This document shows positions 1 to 11,539 of a DNA stretch of 64,000 nt, piece by piece. The position numbers and the translations under genes were made by a program. This DNA comes from Klebsormidium nitens. Its lineage: Eukaryota; Plantae; Klebsormidiophyceae. The notes below the pieces were generated by a model. The model did no database searches, had not been told where the DNA came from, and saw nothing but the letters and a program-made list of their open reading frames with translations. The stretch is from NCBI GenBank assembly GCA_000708835.1, contig DF237350.1:1-64000 (forward strand), read 5' to 3'. How positions within the stretch are numbered: the stretch's first letter is position 1; each line of letters opens with the position of its first letter.

Positions 1-701
1 AGGGATACGGTGGTTCTGCCAGGGCCGTCAATCCACCTGGTTGTCGTTGAGCAAAGTCTACAGCGAGAAAGTTTAGCATTGGGAACGCATTGTCTTGATG
101 GCCAGCCTGCTTTCTTCCGCTGCAATTGGCGTGCGCTGATTCGCTTGCCAAACGAAGATGGGGTCAAAAGTTCAGCAAAACACCTCCAACTTTCTGTGAA
201 TGATACTTAGAGGCAAACGTGTTAAGCATCCACAGGCCCCTCTTCCATGTCAATTGTCAAAACCACATGTGCACGGGATTTCGCTCAGCTTATTCATTCT
301 CTCGCTTGCGCAAAGGCAATGATGAAGTTCGTTTGGGTTCATTTGACCCAGTAGCGCCCCTTCGAGGTTCGAAGCCGCTTCGACTGCGTTACTGTTTTGT
401 CGGACCCGTTCAAATCGTTTGTCTCCTCCATTGTGTTGCTTTTATGGCGCTGCTTTTTTGGGGTTTCCAGCGTCCACTTCCATCCTTGGGCCGTTCGAGA
501 CCTGATACCGTCTCTTTTGACACAATCTGAGGGTGTTGCTTAAAAGGAATTGAGCCAACACCGTTTGCAAGGCAATCTTGAGAAGTGACGCTGAGAATTT
601 TCGTCAACAGCAATACCTAAACCCGTTAGCATCTCCATGCTGTGTCACTGTTTCAGCAGCACATACGTTTGTTAACGAAGCTGTCGTTTCTTTCTGTCCA
701 G

Positions 702-3475
702 GCGAAAGGCGGGTCCGAGGGGAGGGGGAGGTGGACGAAGCCGCCGAAGAGGAGAGCGCGCCACGTGGCAGGCGGGTGCTGAACGAAGGGCAGGCGCCCA
801 ACGGAGAGGCGGCCGAGGAGTCGGATGACGAAGCTGCTGACGTCACTGGCGAGGGCGAGGAGGGATCCCCCGACGAAGAGAAGGCTGAAAAGTTGGGGGA
901 CGCGTCGAATGAGGTGGATGGAGAACTAGAGATGAAGGAAAATGAGTCGGAGGACGAGGACAAAGAACTAGAGGCAGAGGAAGAAGGAGCAGAGATATTA
1001 GATACGGAAGCGGCGGTTAGATGGGCGAATGCAAACGAAGAGAAGAGAGGTGCTGGGGACGCGGATGGGGACGGGGTTGGAAGCGGTGAAGAGACGAGTG
1101 CGTTGGATGAGTTGCTGGACGATGCGCTTGCAATGGGCCGAACGGACAGCCGAAAGACTAGGGGGAGCGAGGAACCAACTTCGGAAGCTAGGGGCGGAGA
1201 AGCGAAGGGGGCGCCCAAGACGGGGAAGCGGTACTTGTCGAAAGCAGAGAGGCGGAAGATGAAGAAAGGTCAGGTGGGCGACGGAAACGTGGGTGCAGAG
1301 ACCGCTGACAATGAGGACGCAGGCAAGGGAGCGGAAACGGAACAGGCAGCTTCGGACGTGACGGAAGAAAGTGTAGCTCCGCACCAGCGAATGGATGGGG
1401 CAGCGGGGCTACGGGAGGGAGAAACGGAGAAAGAAGGCGACGATGAAGGCGGCTCAGTGAGCGAAAAAGAGGGTGACACAGTGATCGCTTTGCGTAAGGA
1501 GAGTGGGAAAGAAGCACAAAATGAGAGCGGGGAGAAAGTCGGGGGCCAGGGGCAGAAGGCGCGGGCGACGGCTGCAAAAGGTTCACGGCCAATGGAGGAG
1601 CCGACACGTGGCACTCAGGGCAAAGAGGAGCTGACACGTGGCAAGCGGGCGAAGCTCAAGAAGGCCCGGGACAAGTACGCGGAGCAGGACGAAGAGGAAC
1701 GGGAGATCCGGATGGCGCTGCTCGCTTCCGCCGGAAAAAGCGACAAAGGTACCGGAAAGGGGGGCAAGAAAGGCGGAAAAGACGCCCGGGGGAAAGGGGG
1801 TGAGCCGGAGAAAATGAAAAGGGAGAGCGCGGGGCCTGTGCAAGACGAGCGGAAGGTGTGCTACAAGTGCAAACAGGCGGGACACGTGGCAAAGGATTGT
1901 CCGACGGGCGAAGTAAGTGGTGCGGCGCTTAGCGGGACCGCGGATAGTGCTACCGCCGAACCTGCAAATGGCAAAGCTGGAAGGATTGGTCAATCTGAGG
2001 GGGATAAGCGCGAGGCCGAAGGTCCTGAAGGGGCCCGGGCGACAGACGAGGTTTCGGCGGAGAAGGGGTCGGATGGTACACAGCTGAGCAGGCGGGCACG
2101 CGCACGGGCGCAGAACGAGGGGGAGAGGGCGGAGATTGCGGCGATACTGGAGGAGGAAAATTTGCAGGTTGGTACATGCTTACGGTCTTCTACATTGAGC
2201 GGACAAGTGGTGGCCATCGCTCAGTTCGTTTCCGTTTTGCTGCATAGGGGTACTCATAGCGTCTCCCTTTCGTTTTGTGGTTCCTTTCCCGCTTCCTGTC
2301 ACGAATTTCATAGCGCTCGGTTGTCTCCTCTGTGTTGGATCGCTTCGGACGGTTGTCTGAGATGACTCGCTACTGGGATCAAAACGGTTTTCATCAGCTT
2401 GTTGACGCTTCGCCACCCTCTGGTTTGCAAGACCCAAAATAGAAATGGTGTTGAAACCTGGGTCAAGGCAACTGTCCAATTTGATCATAAACATGGTGCG
2501 CTGGACTTATGGCTGCGCAGGCTCTTTGAGTCGTTGTTGCAGTTGGCAATACACTCAAAAAACTGCTTCAAGTCCTCCTGAGCCTCGCGGACAGACTTAT
2601 TTTATCGACGCGCTGTTATTCGCTATAGCAACGGCGACCAAACTGCATATCACTCACTCTTCGATGTCGCCGACTTTATGCAGGAGCTGCCGGACGAGGC
2701 GCGCAATCATTGACGGAGCTGGACGAGCTGAAACAGACGGCAACCAAAATTGCCCACTACTTGGTCTTATTTTTCGCCCACTTTGTGCAGGAGCTGCCGG
2801 ACGAGGAGCGCGACCGGTTGACTGAGCTGGACGCGCTGACGGGCGTGCCCCGGGCGGACGACATTCTGCTGTATGCGGTGCCCATGTGCGGGCCGTACAC
2901 GGCGCTCCAGGGGTGCAAGTTCAAGGTCAAGCTCACGCCGGGGACTGCCAAGAAGGGCAAGGCGGCGAAAACTGCAGTTGAGGTGAGCGGTTGAGGGTGG
3001 TGGAAACAGATTTGCTGTTTGGTTAGAAAAGAGAGCGGTCACGCGAGCGCTCTGCTGACGTGAGCGTGTGAATGGGTTCAAGTTGGATTCTCGCGTTCTG
3101 GATTGTTACTTTCAGCCCTTTTGAACTCGTTATTTCCCCGGTCTTTGTTCAGAGCCTGATAAGTGTGTTTGTATGACTCCTGTCTGGGATCTAGCACCAG
3201 GTCGACTACACCCCAGTCCAAGACCGCTCTTGTGCTACCTATTCTGACTGCCACGTCAGCCCTTTAAGCCCGTAGAAACGCTTACTTCATTCCCCGTGCA
3301 GGTGTTTTCGCGGATGCCCGAAGCGACTCGGCGCGAGAAGGAGCTGATGAAGGCGGTGCAGGACCCCGACCTAGTTGCGGTCATGCTGGGGAACGCCAAA
3401 GTGACAGCCCCGGGCCTGACCAAGATGAAGCAGACGCAGAAGAAGGGCCGCAAGGCCTCAGCGCAGAAACAGTAG
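702..3475 (+). CDS. NEMF: Nuclear export mediator factor / ribosome quality control subunit NEMF (Rqc2/Tae2), 3' part; exons 702-2167, 2791-2982, 3302-3475
   Basis: GT-AG splicing joins an acidic/basic linker with a CCHC knuckle (CYKCKQAGHVAKDC) to the NFACT-C-type segment LDALTGVPRADDILLYAVPMCGPYTALQGCKFKVKLTPGTAKKGKAAK...REKELMKAVQD. Internal phases are 0/0 and the stop TAG is at 3473-3475. The 5' exons lie outside the window. Confidence 0.92.
2672..2730 (+). repeat. Intronic decayed duplicate of the NEMF acceptor and exon start
   Basis: ctttatgcag|GAGCTGCCGGACGAGGCGCG...GAGCTGGACG matches the real ctttgtgcag|GAGCTGCCGGACGAGGAGCGCG...GAGCTGGACG located 107 bp downstream. Confidence 0.75.
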
Positions 3476-4269
3476 CAAAAACTTGCTGATTGCTGAAAGG
3501 GAGTGGTGCAAGTCAAAAGGATTGATGCTTCGCTATGGTGGATTGGTTCTTTGAAAAAAACAACGTGCTCAGTTCACTTTCGGCAACTCGTCCAAGAGCC
3601 CTTCGGATTCCTGGTAATTTCCGCGAGAATATTCAAAGCCCTTTCGGGTGCATGCTCGCCTGTTCGCTCCATGGGACTTGGGACGGAGCAACGGCAGCGA
3701 AATGGCTATTCCATAATAGTTTTTGACAGAGCTCCTTCGTTGTCTCCTTCTTATGCCACGTCACTTGCATATTGTCAAAGCAACGAATTAACCTGGTGAC
3801 ATTTTAAGTGCTACTGGTCACCAAAGACAAATTTGGGGCCAATGACAGGGGTGCCGCCGGCTGCCGAAGCATGGCAGATCAGGATCGTAGACGCTCTTGG
3901 ATGGCTCTTACATGGCTCTTTGTACATTGCCTGTTGGCGCCTTCCTGCTAGAAGTTGCAAGCGCGGGTCAAGCGAAGGGCGTTCTGTACGATATCTCTCC
4001 AATTTCAGATGAAAGACGGTGCGGAGATGGGCACTAGCTGACGTTGTGTGAGCTGCTCGCACACGACGTTATCGGATGCACTGTCTGCTTGGTGGAATAT
4101 GATCTAGCGAGTTCATTTTGACTTGATGTCTCTGCTTGTCCGGCCCTGCCTGATCTCAAAGAAACATAACTACGCTTCAGTTCGTCAACCTGAATCACTG
4201 GGCTTTAGTGCTAATTTCGGGTCAGACTAACTCACCATTTGGAACGCGATACTCAGGCCGCCAGCCCAA

Positions 4270-6100
4270 GATTTCCGCGTGTTTCTGAATCTGGCTAAGA
4301 AAAGCGAATCGACACGAAAGCTCTTGAGAAGCTTGGGAAGCTCAATGGGCAGCTAATTTCTGCCAAAGCCACCAGCACGAGTGTATGATTCACTTCAAAG
4401 GGGAGCATTTGCCTGTATTTCTGACAACCATACAGGTCCAAGATCCTTCTGTAAGGTTCGAGTAATTGCGTACTTCTATAGAGAGGTTCGCAGCTTCAAA
4501 CTGCCACCCATTAATTGCTTCTTTCTTTCATTGCACCTTCTGCATGTGGGCGTCATGAAATCTGGTTGGAATTTGCAAACGAGACCCGCCCAGTTTCCTT
4601 CAACTTCACGACATCAACTGAATCCGGCAAACATTGCTTCAGCCCCGTACTGACCATGCGGACTCATTGTGTGAGTTGCACTCTTTCCGAGTCGCTCAGC
4701 AAAGATCATTTCGGATCGACCGAAAACTTCTCTGACGTCGGCGACCTTAATCAATCAACCTGAGCTGGTAAGTTTCGAAGATGTTCTTATATTTGCAGAT
4801 CCACTTTCTCAAGCTGTGTGTCGTGTGTCTTATCAAAGTCCTCATCAATGAGACGTACACTAATCAAGTAAACGCGCCCTGGTATATTATCTGGTTACCC
4901 CCCCGTCTCTTGTGTGCACGTAATAACGTAAGGCACAAAGAAAAGCCGGTATCCGAGCTTCCGACGACCATCCGAGCAAGGCATGCGTGCTTAGCTGAGA
5001 CAGCAGCGAGCGGGCCATGAGTCCGGCTGCTCCGATGCAGAATGTCGAGCTTTGCTGCCAACCACGCGTGTCTTCTGTTGGCAATCTAACTTAAAGGATC
5101 AAAAGAATATAGAGCTGAAAACGAGACGCTTCTCAAGAAAGGTCACTTCAGAGGCCTGCTCTTAAAAGCTGTGTCTGAGCTTGAAGCGAATAAAAGCTTG
5201 GTATGTGAGGAGGCTATTGAGACAATAGCGGGTTTACACGATATTGGCTGTGACGAGGCCAAAGTTGTTCAATTGACACCCCAACTTCCTGTGTGCCGGC
5301 CGAAGCCAATGCAACTATTGGAGGTTGACGTTTCCAAGGCTCAAGGCCTTGAGTGACAAAAACGCGGTAAAATGGTCTCTGGTCAGCTTAGTGACCGAGT
5401 CGACTCTCTAGATACTTCGATTGCATGCAGATTATGATGCACATTTTCGATGAGGTCTGGTAGCCGACCTTGGAGTTGAACATATACCACTTTCACTGTG
5501 AGTCGGATGCTGCTAGCAATGAATGCGGTCGATCTCCCAAGCGCCTGCGGAATTGATCAATCCCGCTCTTAACGAAAAGCTCCAACTGGACTTTCAAAGT
5601 GTGGGGGGTGATGTATCCACACTTGGATTGTCTCGATCCTAAAGCGCTGTTTTGCAATCATCACTGCTGCGTCTTATCTGGATATTTTGTACGACCTGTT
5701 TATCGGATCCACGCCCATTGCCTCTCGCTTCTTTCAGCCCATCAATGAGACTTTGAAAGACCTTTCAATGATCGAGTCAGATGACTTCCCGCTTGTTTTC
5801 TACAAGAGACGAGCTCGTTAGACTTTCTTATCCTGGCTTTGCGCAAGTTTGATCGGGCAGGGGCTTGAGCATATGTAGGATGTCAGCTGATGCAAGGAAT
5901 AATATTTGTTAGGATTTTTGATGCGGCGTCCAGTAGAATTCCCCTGTCGTGCAAGCCTCAATTGCAGTCGAAGGTTAGTAACATTTTGCATTATATAGAT
6001 TTTTCTCGGGCTGTAGCTGTGAAAAATAGACGACTCGTGGGCTGCACTTCAGCAGTGCATTGCGAGGGCAATGGTTTTTGAGCTGCCCTGTTTGACCAAG
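4270..6100 (+). pseudogene. Decayed TRN1-like Roco (Roc-COR) gene
   Basis: Motifs in the expected order across frameshifts: FRVFL..ST.KLLRSL (4273), WNL...LHD (4567-4612), QSVG[fs]VMY...LDPKALFCN (5595-5658), ACFLQETSSLDFLI (about 5790-5835), IFVRIFD..IP..PQLQSK (about 5900-5975). Confidence 0.55.
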
Positions 6101-7949
6101 TCGTAGGTTCAACCTGCAGTGCCCTTAACCAAGTTGCCCAGTTATTCGATGCCAGCCTCTGCTGAAAGGCAGGCGATGCACTCACCAATGCTTGATTTTT
6201 CTGCAAATGCACGGAGCCCGACCGCTCCTCTCGACCCCTCTTGGCTTAATTTCCTTTCCTCCCGTTTGATTATCCGCGCACTCTGGTAGCACCTACTTTT
6301 AGCTCGTCTTGGGACATGGCGATCGTTCTAGAGTTTTCGACTATAGTGTGGTTGAAGGGAAGTACTTCATCAAGACTGCTTGGGTTTTGGCACTACTCAT
6401 CGGAGTCCGGACTGGCCAACATGCTTTCAAGGCCAGTCCTCATGCTAAGGGGGGCCCGGAACGACGGCAAAGGATCCTGAACATCTGTACCGGTCTTGCC
6501 TTGGAGATACACGAGTACAGTGGAAGCTCGTCCTGATTCCTTACCAAGACGATTTTTGTTCCCTTCACAATCTTACATCCGTTGTTCCTGTGCTCGTGTT
6601 GTGTTTTCGAAGCGAGCCAAAGCCCGCGTGCGGGCATTGCTTTGACGAGGTTGATTTCTTTCTGTTTATCTTCAACGACTCCTTTCGGTCTGTAAACGCC
6701 ACTCGGTGAGCAAAGACGAAGCAGCGAGCTGCCACTTGAGCAGGCCTGGTTCCTTGTAAGCGGACGCCCTGTCGGAGGTGATCATCGTAGGGTCTCCTCG
6801 TCTGTGCGACGTTTATAATAAGCATCGTATGCTGAATGCTGTCTGGGAATTTGTGAGTACCTGTCGTTACCCTACCTTCGGCAGCAGCTACAAAGGCCGC
6901 GCTACCCACTGGCAGGCGCTAATTCATTCTCGTGCGAGTTTTGGCAGTAGGCCTGATTTCAAATTGCGCTTCATTCCGGATTCCTTGTTCTCCCGGCAAA
7001 GATGTGCGTCAAAAGGGGAGTCGACGAGCACATTGCGAGAAGGTTCAGGTCGGCAGTCTGGTATGTTTCACTTTGTTTCTTTGTCCAGTCAGGCTTCAAT
7101 GAATAGTAAAAGTCAGGACTTTGGAGTGTGTGGCAACGAGAATCGAAGCGCAATTGGACATATCTGCTTCAAAGCAAGCTCAGGGGTCCCTTGAGCCCCT
7201 TCCATATGTGTCAAGTTCTCGTCAAAGCTTCCTTACATGTTGACACGGACTCGCTGGCGCGGGCCAACTGCAATGAAGATCCTCTATCTTCTGCGATTTA
7301 TCGAGCGGATTCCGTCGACTCACAAAACTCATCTTTGACGGCCGTGACTTGAAAGCTGGCCGGTGTCTGCTTTTGTAAGCTGCTGTCTTCCTTTCTTTGA
7401 AGTGCGATGGTTGGGAGCTCGCTCGCGCGACGCGGCGGAATGCTCTGGTGGAGACACGTGGCCGTACACTCAAGCTCCGTGGTTTTCACGTTGGTCGCCT
7501 TCGCTTCGCTGGTACATACGGCCCACGGAATGCTCATGCTACGCCTACTTTGCTTAAGCCGTCTTGAGCCGCCTACCATGCAAAGCAGGGTCATCAGCTC
7601 GGCTTTGCATCACGGTATTAGCTTCTCTGGCGATCTCTTTTCTTCTCACCCTGACTCCGATGCCAATTGAGAGATTTTTGGTCACCTGCAAGGGGAATGT
7701 TTCGAGATCTGGGCACTCCAGGAAGCCTCGTCACCGAGATGCTGTGTCGCACTGACTGTATCGTGCCTGGCCTGGCGCACGCAGAAGTGGAACAATGATT
7801 AAAGTCGTTCCAAAGTTCTGGCCCTCGGCATTTGCGGCATATTGTATTCCGGTCTTCTGTTCTGTGTTTGGATGATTGTATCTTTCTTCTCCAGCCCTGA
7901 AAAGTTGACGCTCAAGATTCAACAACCACAATGGCCGGCTCTGAGGATT

Positions 7950-8900
7950 CGATGTTCTGGGCTGTTCGCTGGCAGCGCAACCACCTTATGTGCGTACGAC
8001 TTCTGACGCCACCATCTTTGTTAGATAGCTTTTCAAGGGTCGAGGTTACAATCGACAAGCGAGAGCTATTGTAGTACCTTAGACAGACCGTACAAGGGTT
8101 GGGGTAACATGTGAAGGGCCCCATACTTTTAGAAAGCATGGAACCCCCTTCTTATATTTCTGAATCCAGAGAGCAGTCAAGAACTGAGAGTTTCTCCATT
8201 CAAAATCGCCAGCGTGTTGCTCCGATTTGCCGACATTCTGACTTGTTGCCTTTTGCGTGGCCGTACCCGCATTTCCTAGAAATCGCTCTGCGCTTCAGCA
8301 GCAAGCGAGTCGCAGGACGTGACGAAACGACAGATCGATGGCTGCTTCGGGCAATCGCTCAATTCCGGTCGATCTTCGAAGCCGCAAATGTCATCGTTAT
8401 CCAGTACAGTTCTGTGCCTTGAGAGTTGGTAAAGAGCCCGGTTGAAATGAAATTCGAACGTCGATTGCACGTCACAAAGAAGGTTTCTCGACCCGGGATG
8501 CTAACGCAACTCAAAATTGTATATCATCCACGCTACAAAGCTTTTAATGGTTGACTACTGCGCGTCGCTCATGGCATCAATCCTCGACGTAGAGTCCCGA
8601 GTCTCGTTTTGGGATCTTTCGTCGGCTAGCTTTCAGCGCCCTTAACACTGGAAGCAGAGTTGGGCCGTTTGGAAGCTGTTGGCTTCTTCGCAACTTGCTT
8701 GAAGCACTAAGAAGCGCGTGAAATTACCTGTCTCATGCGTATATGGACGTGTCTTGGAAAGCTCTGCGGGCTGATTAAATCTGATCTCGTGTTTGAGCTG
8801 TTACGCTTTGCACGGTTGATGTAGAAGATGCTTTTTATTCTGAAGTGCCGGATCGGCAATGATAATGTCGGATTACGTACGTGGGCGCTGCGCCGCTCAT
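7950..8900 (-). pseudogene. Roco C-terminal remnant
   Basis: Shares DNA motifs (gtgggcgctgcgccgctca at about 8880; tgggctg...gacgccaccatctttg at about 7965-8020) with the remnants at 19.9, 22.6, 27.6, 28.3 and 31.1 kb. Confidence 0.4.
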
Positions 8901-10229
8901 TCAAGTGTTTCGTACTGCTTCATTCTGAGCTGCTGAGACTAGGCGTACTCACTACCTTCCCTGCTTGTCTCCAAAGCCAGATCCAAGGACACGCCACGTT
9001 ATATTGCCTAATCCTTTGGAGACTCCTAAGAAAAGAGACGTTTGTGGATGCCTCGATGAAGGGCGTCTGTTGCTATGATTGTTCGAATCCCTCCGCGCTG
9101 ATGCTCCGCGGGGTGCTCAACGTTTCCGCCGTTTTAGGAAACGGAAATGCTGATTGACCACGTCGGCTCTTTTGTTATCTATACTATACATACGTAACTT
9201 CTTCTGTCGTAATACAATAGTTCCTTTGGCAGGTACCTTGCAGTACGTACGGAACAGAACTCTCAACGTCTTCAACGCTGCAAATCATGTTGATCTTCTG
9301 CGAACGGGGCTCGAGTACGATAGCCAGGCTTTGTTTAACGCCGTCTGAACTGGCAAGCTTCGCCAAAGAGTTGGTTTGGATGTCCGGGGAGGGCTTCTGT
9401 AAACGTACCCGTTACTAATCTACGCACAATCTGTTTGAATGGCCCTCTGCTGCAGAACGTGGAACCTTGATCAATCTAGTGTGTTCTCCAGAAACAAATT
9501 GCTGAGTGCTTCAATTGTTCAATGGCCGTGGGGAGGGAATCACGAGTGGGCCTTCTCCGTAGGAACCCAAGCCTAGGCCAGTATATATTGGATACCGACG
9601 CCAGCCTTTTTCGTGACGCAAATCCGCCTTGTCTCTCCACTGCCAAATGCTATGAAGAATGAGGAGTAGTACACCGACGGGTGGACAGGATATCCATTTT
9701 TGAAACTAGAGTCTCTGTTTTTGGCGGAAACTGGGGAACGGCATCTGGAGTATCCTAGTTGAAACTCTGCATTCAAAAGCACTTTTCAGGTACCTACTCA
9801 ATTTGGTCATCGCAATCCTGCAGTGGGGTCGATCTGTGACGCCAAACCGACTACGCCTTAAGTGCTCCGGGCAATCGCATCCCTGTACAAAAGGTCCTCG
9901 CAACCGTGGTGTTTTGGTGTCCTTATCTTGCACTCCCTGATTCGAACCAGGTCTTCGTAGCGTTCGAGCTGTGAACGATTGGTCTGATGATCGTATCTTC
10001 ACAAAGAAAGGACAACTGAATTTTCAGCAAGGCCTTGTGCATGTCGCCTCTAATCCTGGCTGTCCTTCTGGCTGCACTTGAGGTGGTCAATCAATTATTT
10101 GTCCATTGTACTATTACACCAATCCAGTGTTAAACGTTTATCAATTAGCCCTCCTGCCCTAAGTCCCAGCTATAGAAAGGCAGCTCCGACTTCCATCCCA
10201 GGATAGACCGTGAATGCAGAAGGAGATAA

Positions 10230-10680
10230 TCGGCCATGATTGCAAAGGATTACGGATGGGCAGTGTCTGCTCAGTGTCTGCTGTATGGCTACCTCTTCCT
10301 GAGCCAGAGACTTGAACGGCTTCGTGTGTTCGAGTGTTACGTCACATCATCTTTGTTATCCCACCTCGTACCCGGCACGCTGAGGCCTCGCGCTTGCCAC
10401 GTGCGGCAATAAAATAGGTTTCGACCAACATGGCGAAATCAAAACATGTGGCCGAGTTACTTCGAACTATCTTTTGTATTGCCTCTGTCATGCGCAGAGA
10501 TGGAACAGCCGCTCGTTGTTGGCGTTGACCTCCCGACAATCGTCGTTTAATTACATTGAAAGCTGGTCTTACACCGGAGTTGAGTAGCAAGCCATGAAGA
10601 TTCGTCCACTTGGGCTGTGCGTCCATTCTACGAAGCTCCTCCTAAAGAGCTGCTACCAGCCGAAAGTGGATTGATGTAAA
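10230..10680 (-). pseudogene. Roco C-terminal remnant (H-V...AGYEV segment)
   Basis: Homologous to 15940-16400 and 23940-24330. Reads HVASARPQRAGYEVG, resembling the H..GYE motif of Roco C-termini. Confidence 0.45.
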
Positions 10681-11539
10681 TACTCTGCATCTGAACTAGC
10701 TAGTTCGACTCGGACGTTCAGCTCTTTGCTCCTGGTTCTAACGGATCTTCAGGGATGGAGCCCGCTTAGAAACGAGAGCCGACTGTTATTAATGTAAAAA
10801 AGTTTGCTCAAGGTTTCCTCTATTCTCACCGTTGCCGATTCTGAGCATTGTGGTTGTTCTGGAACTACAGGAAGCGTACGGACAGATTTTTGACATCTGC
10901 TTTCGGTGAACCAGGACCATTGAGCAGTACCGGGCCGGGCGCTGATCGACTCAGCGTCATTCCATTTTTCTTCTTGATGCTGCCAGCGTCATGCTTGTTC
11001 AGCACTTTTTGATGGCTTGGGCGCTTCCTTGATTCTAGTGGAAGTTCACGCATTCGGCCGAGATGCTTGCTGATTTGCGTATTGATAAGAGGACAAAGTC
11101 GGACGAGCACGGAGTTATGGATAGCAGGCGTTTGTGCATTTTGCTCGGGTCTTACCGAGAGGTGGCAGCATATATCTTCGTGACTGCTCTGGTTATGAGC
11201 CGGCACCGATGTTTCGATCCGCAGTGACGATGCCCTCAAAAGCTACGAAGCTGGATGCCTGGACGTCGCCTCACGTTGCAATTGGTACTGAGCGAAACGA
11301 AGCGAGATCCACCTACAATTTCTTATAGTCTCCAGAGGAGGAATGAGACAGATATGGGCGCCCTCCGATCGACTCGGTTGGTCGCTTTCGTTTCGCAACT
11401 GATTGGGTGCAATCGTAGCCCTTTATGATGCGAGATCTGTGTACATATTGGACAGGTATATGGGTATGCCGTGGGTGCACGCTTCTTGTTTGAATACTTT
11501 TTCTCGGTCGGGTGGTTGTGATAGGTTTTAATGAGAGCG

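Noticed and set aside
604-2217. Several long minus-strand ORFs
   Set aside because: They are antisense shadows of the GC-rich, low-complexity NEMF exon.
10150-10175. WDLGQE resembling the Roc WDxAGQ motif
   Set aside because: It lies downstream of a C-terminal motif and is not conserved in the paralogs at 15.9 and 23.9 kb.
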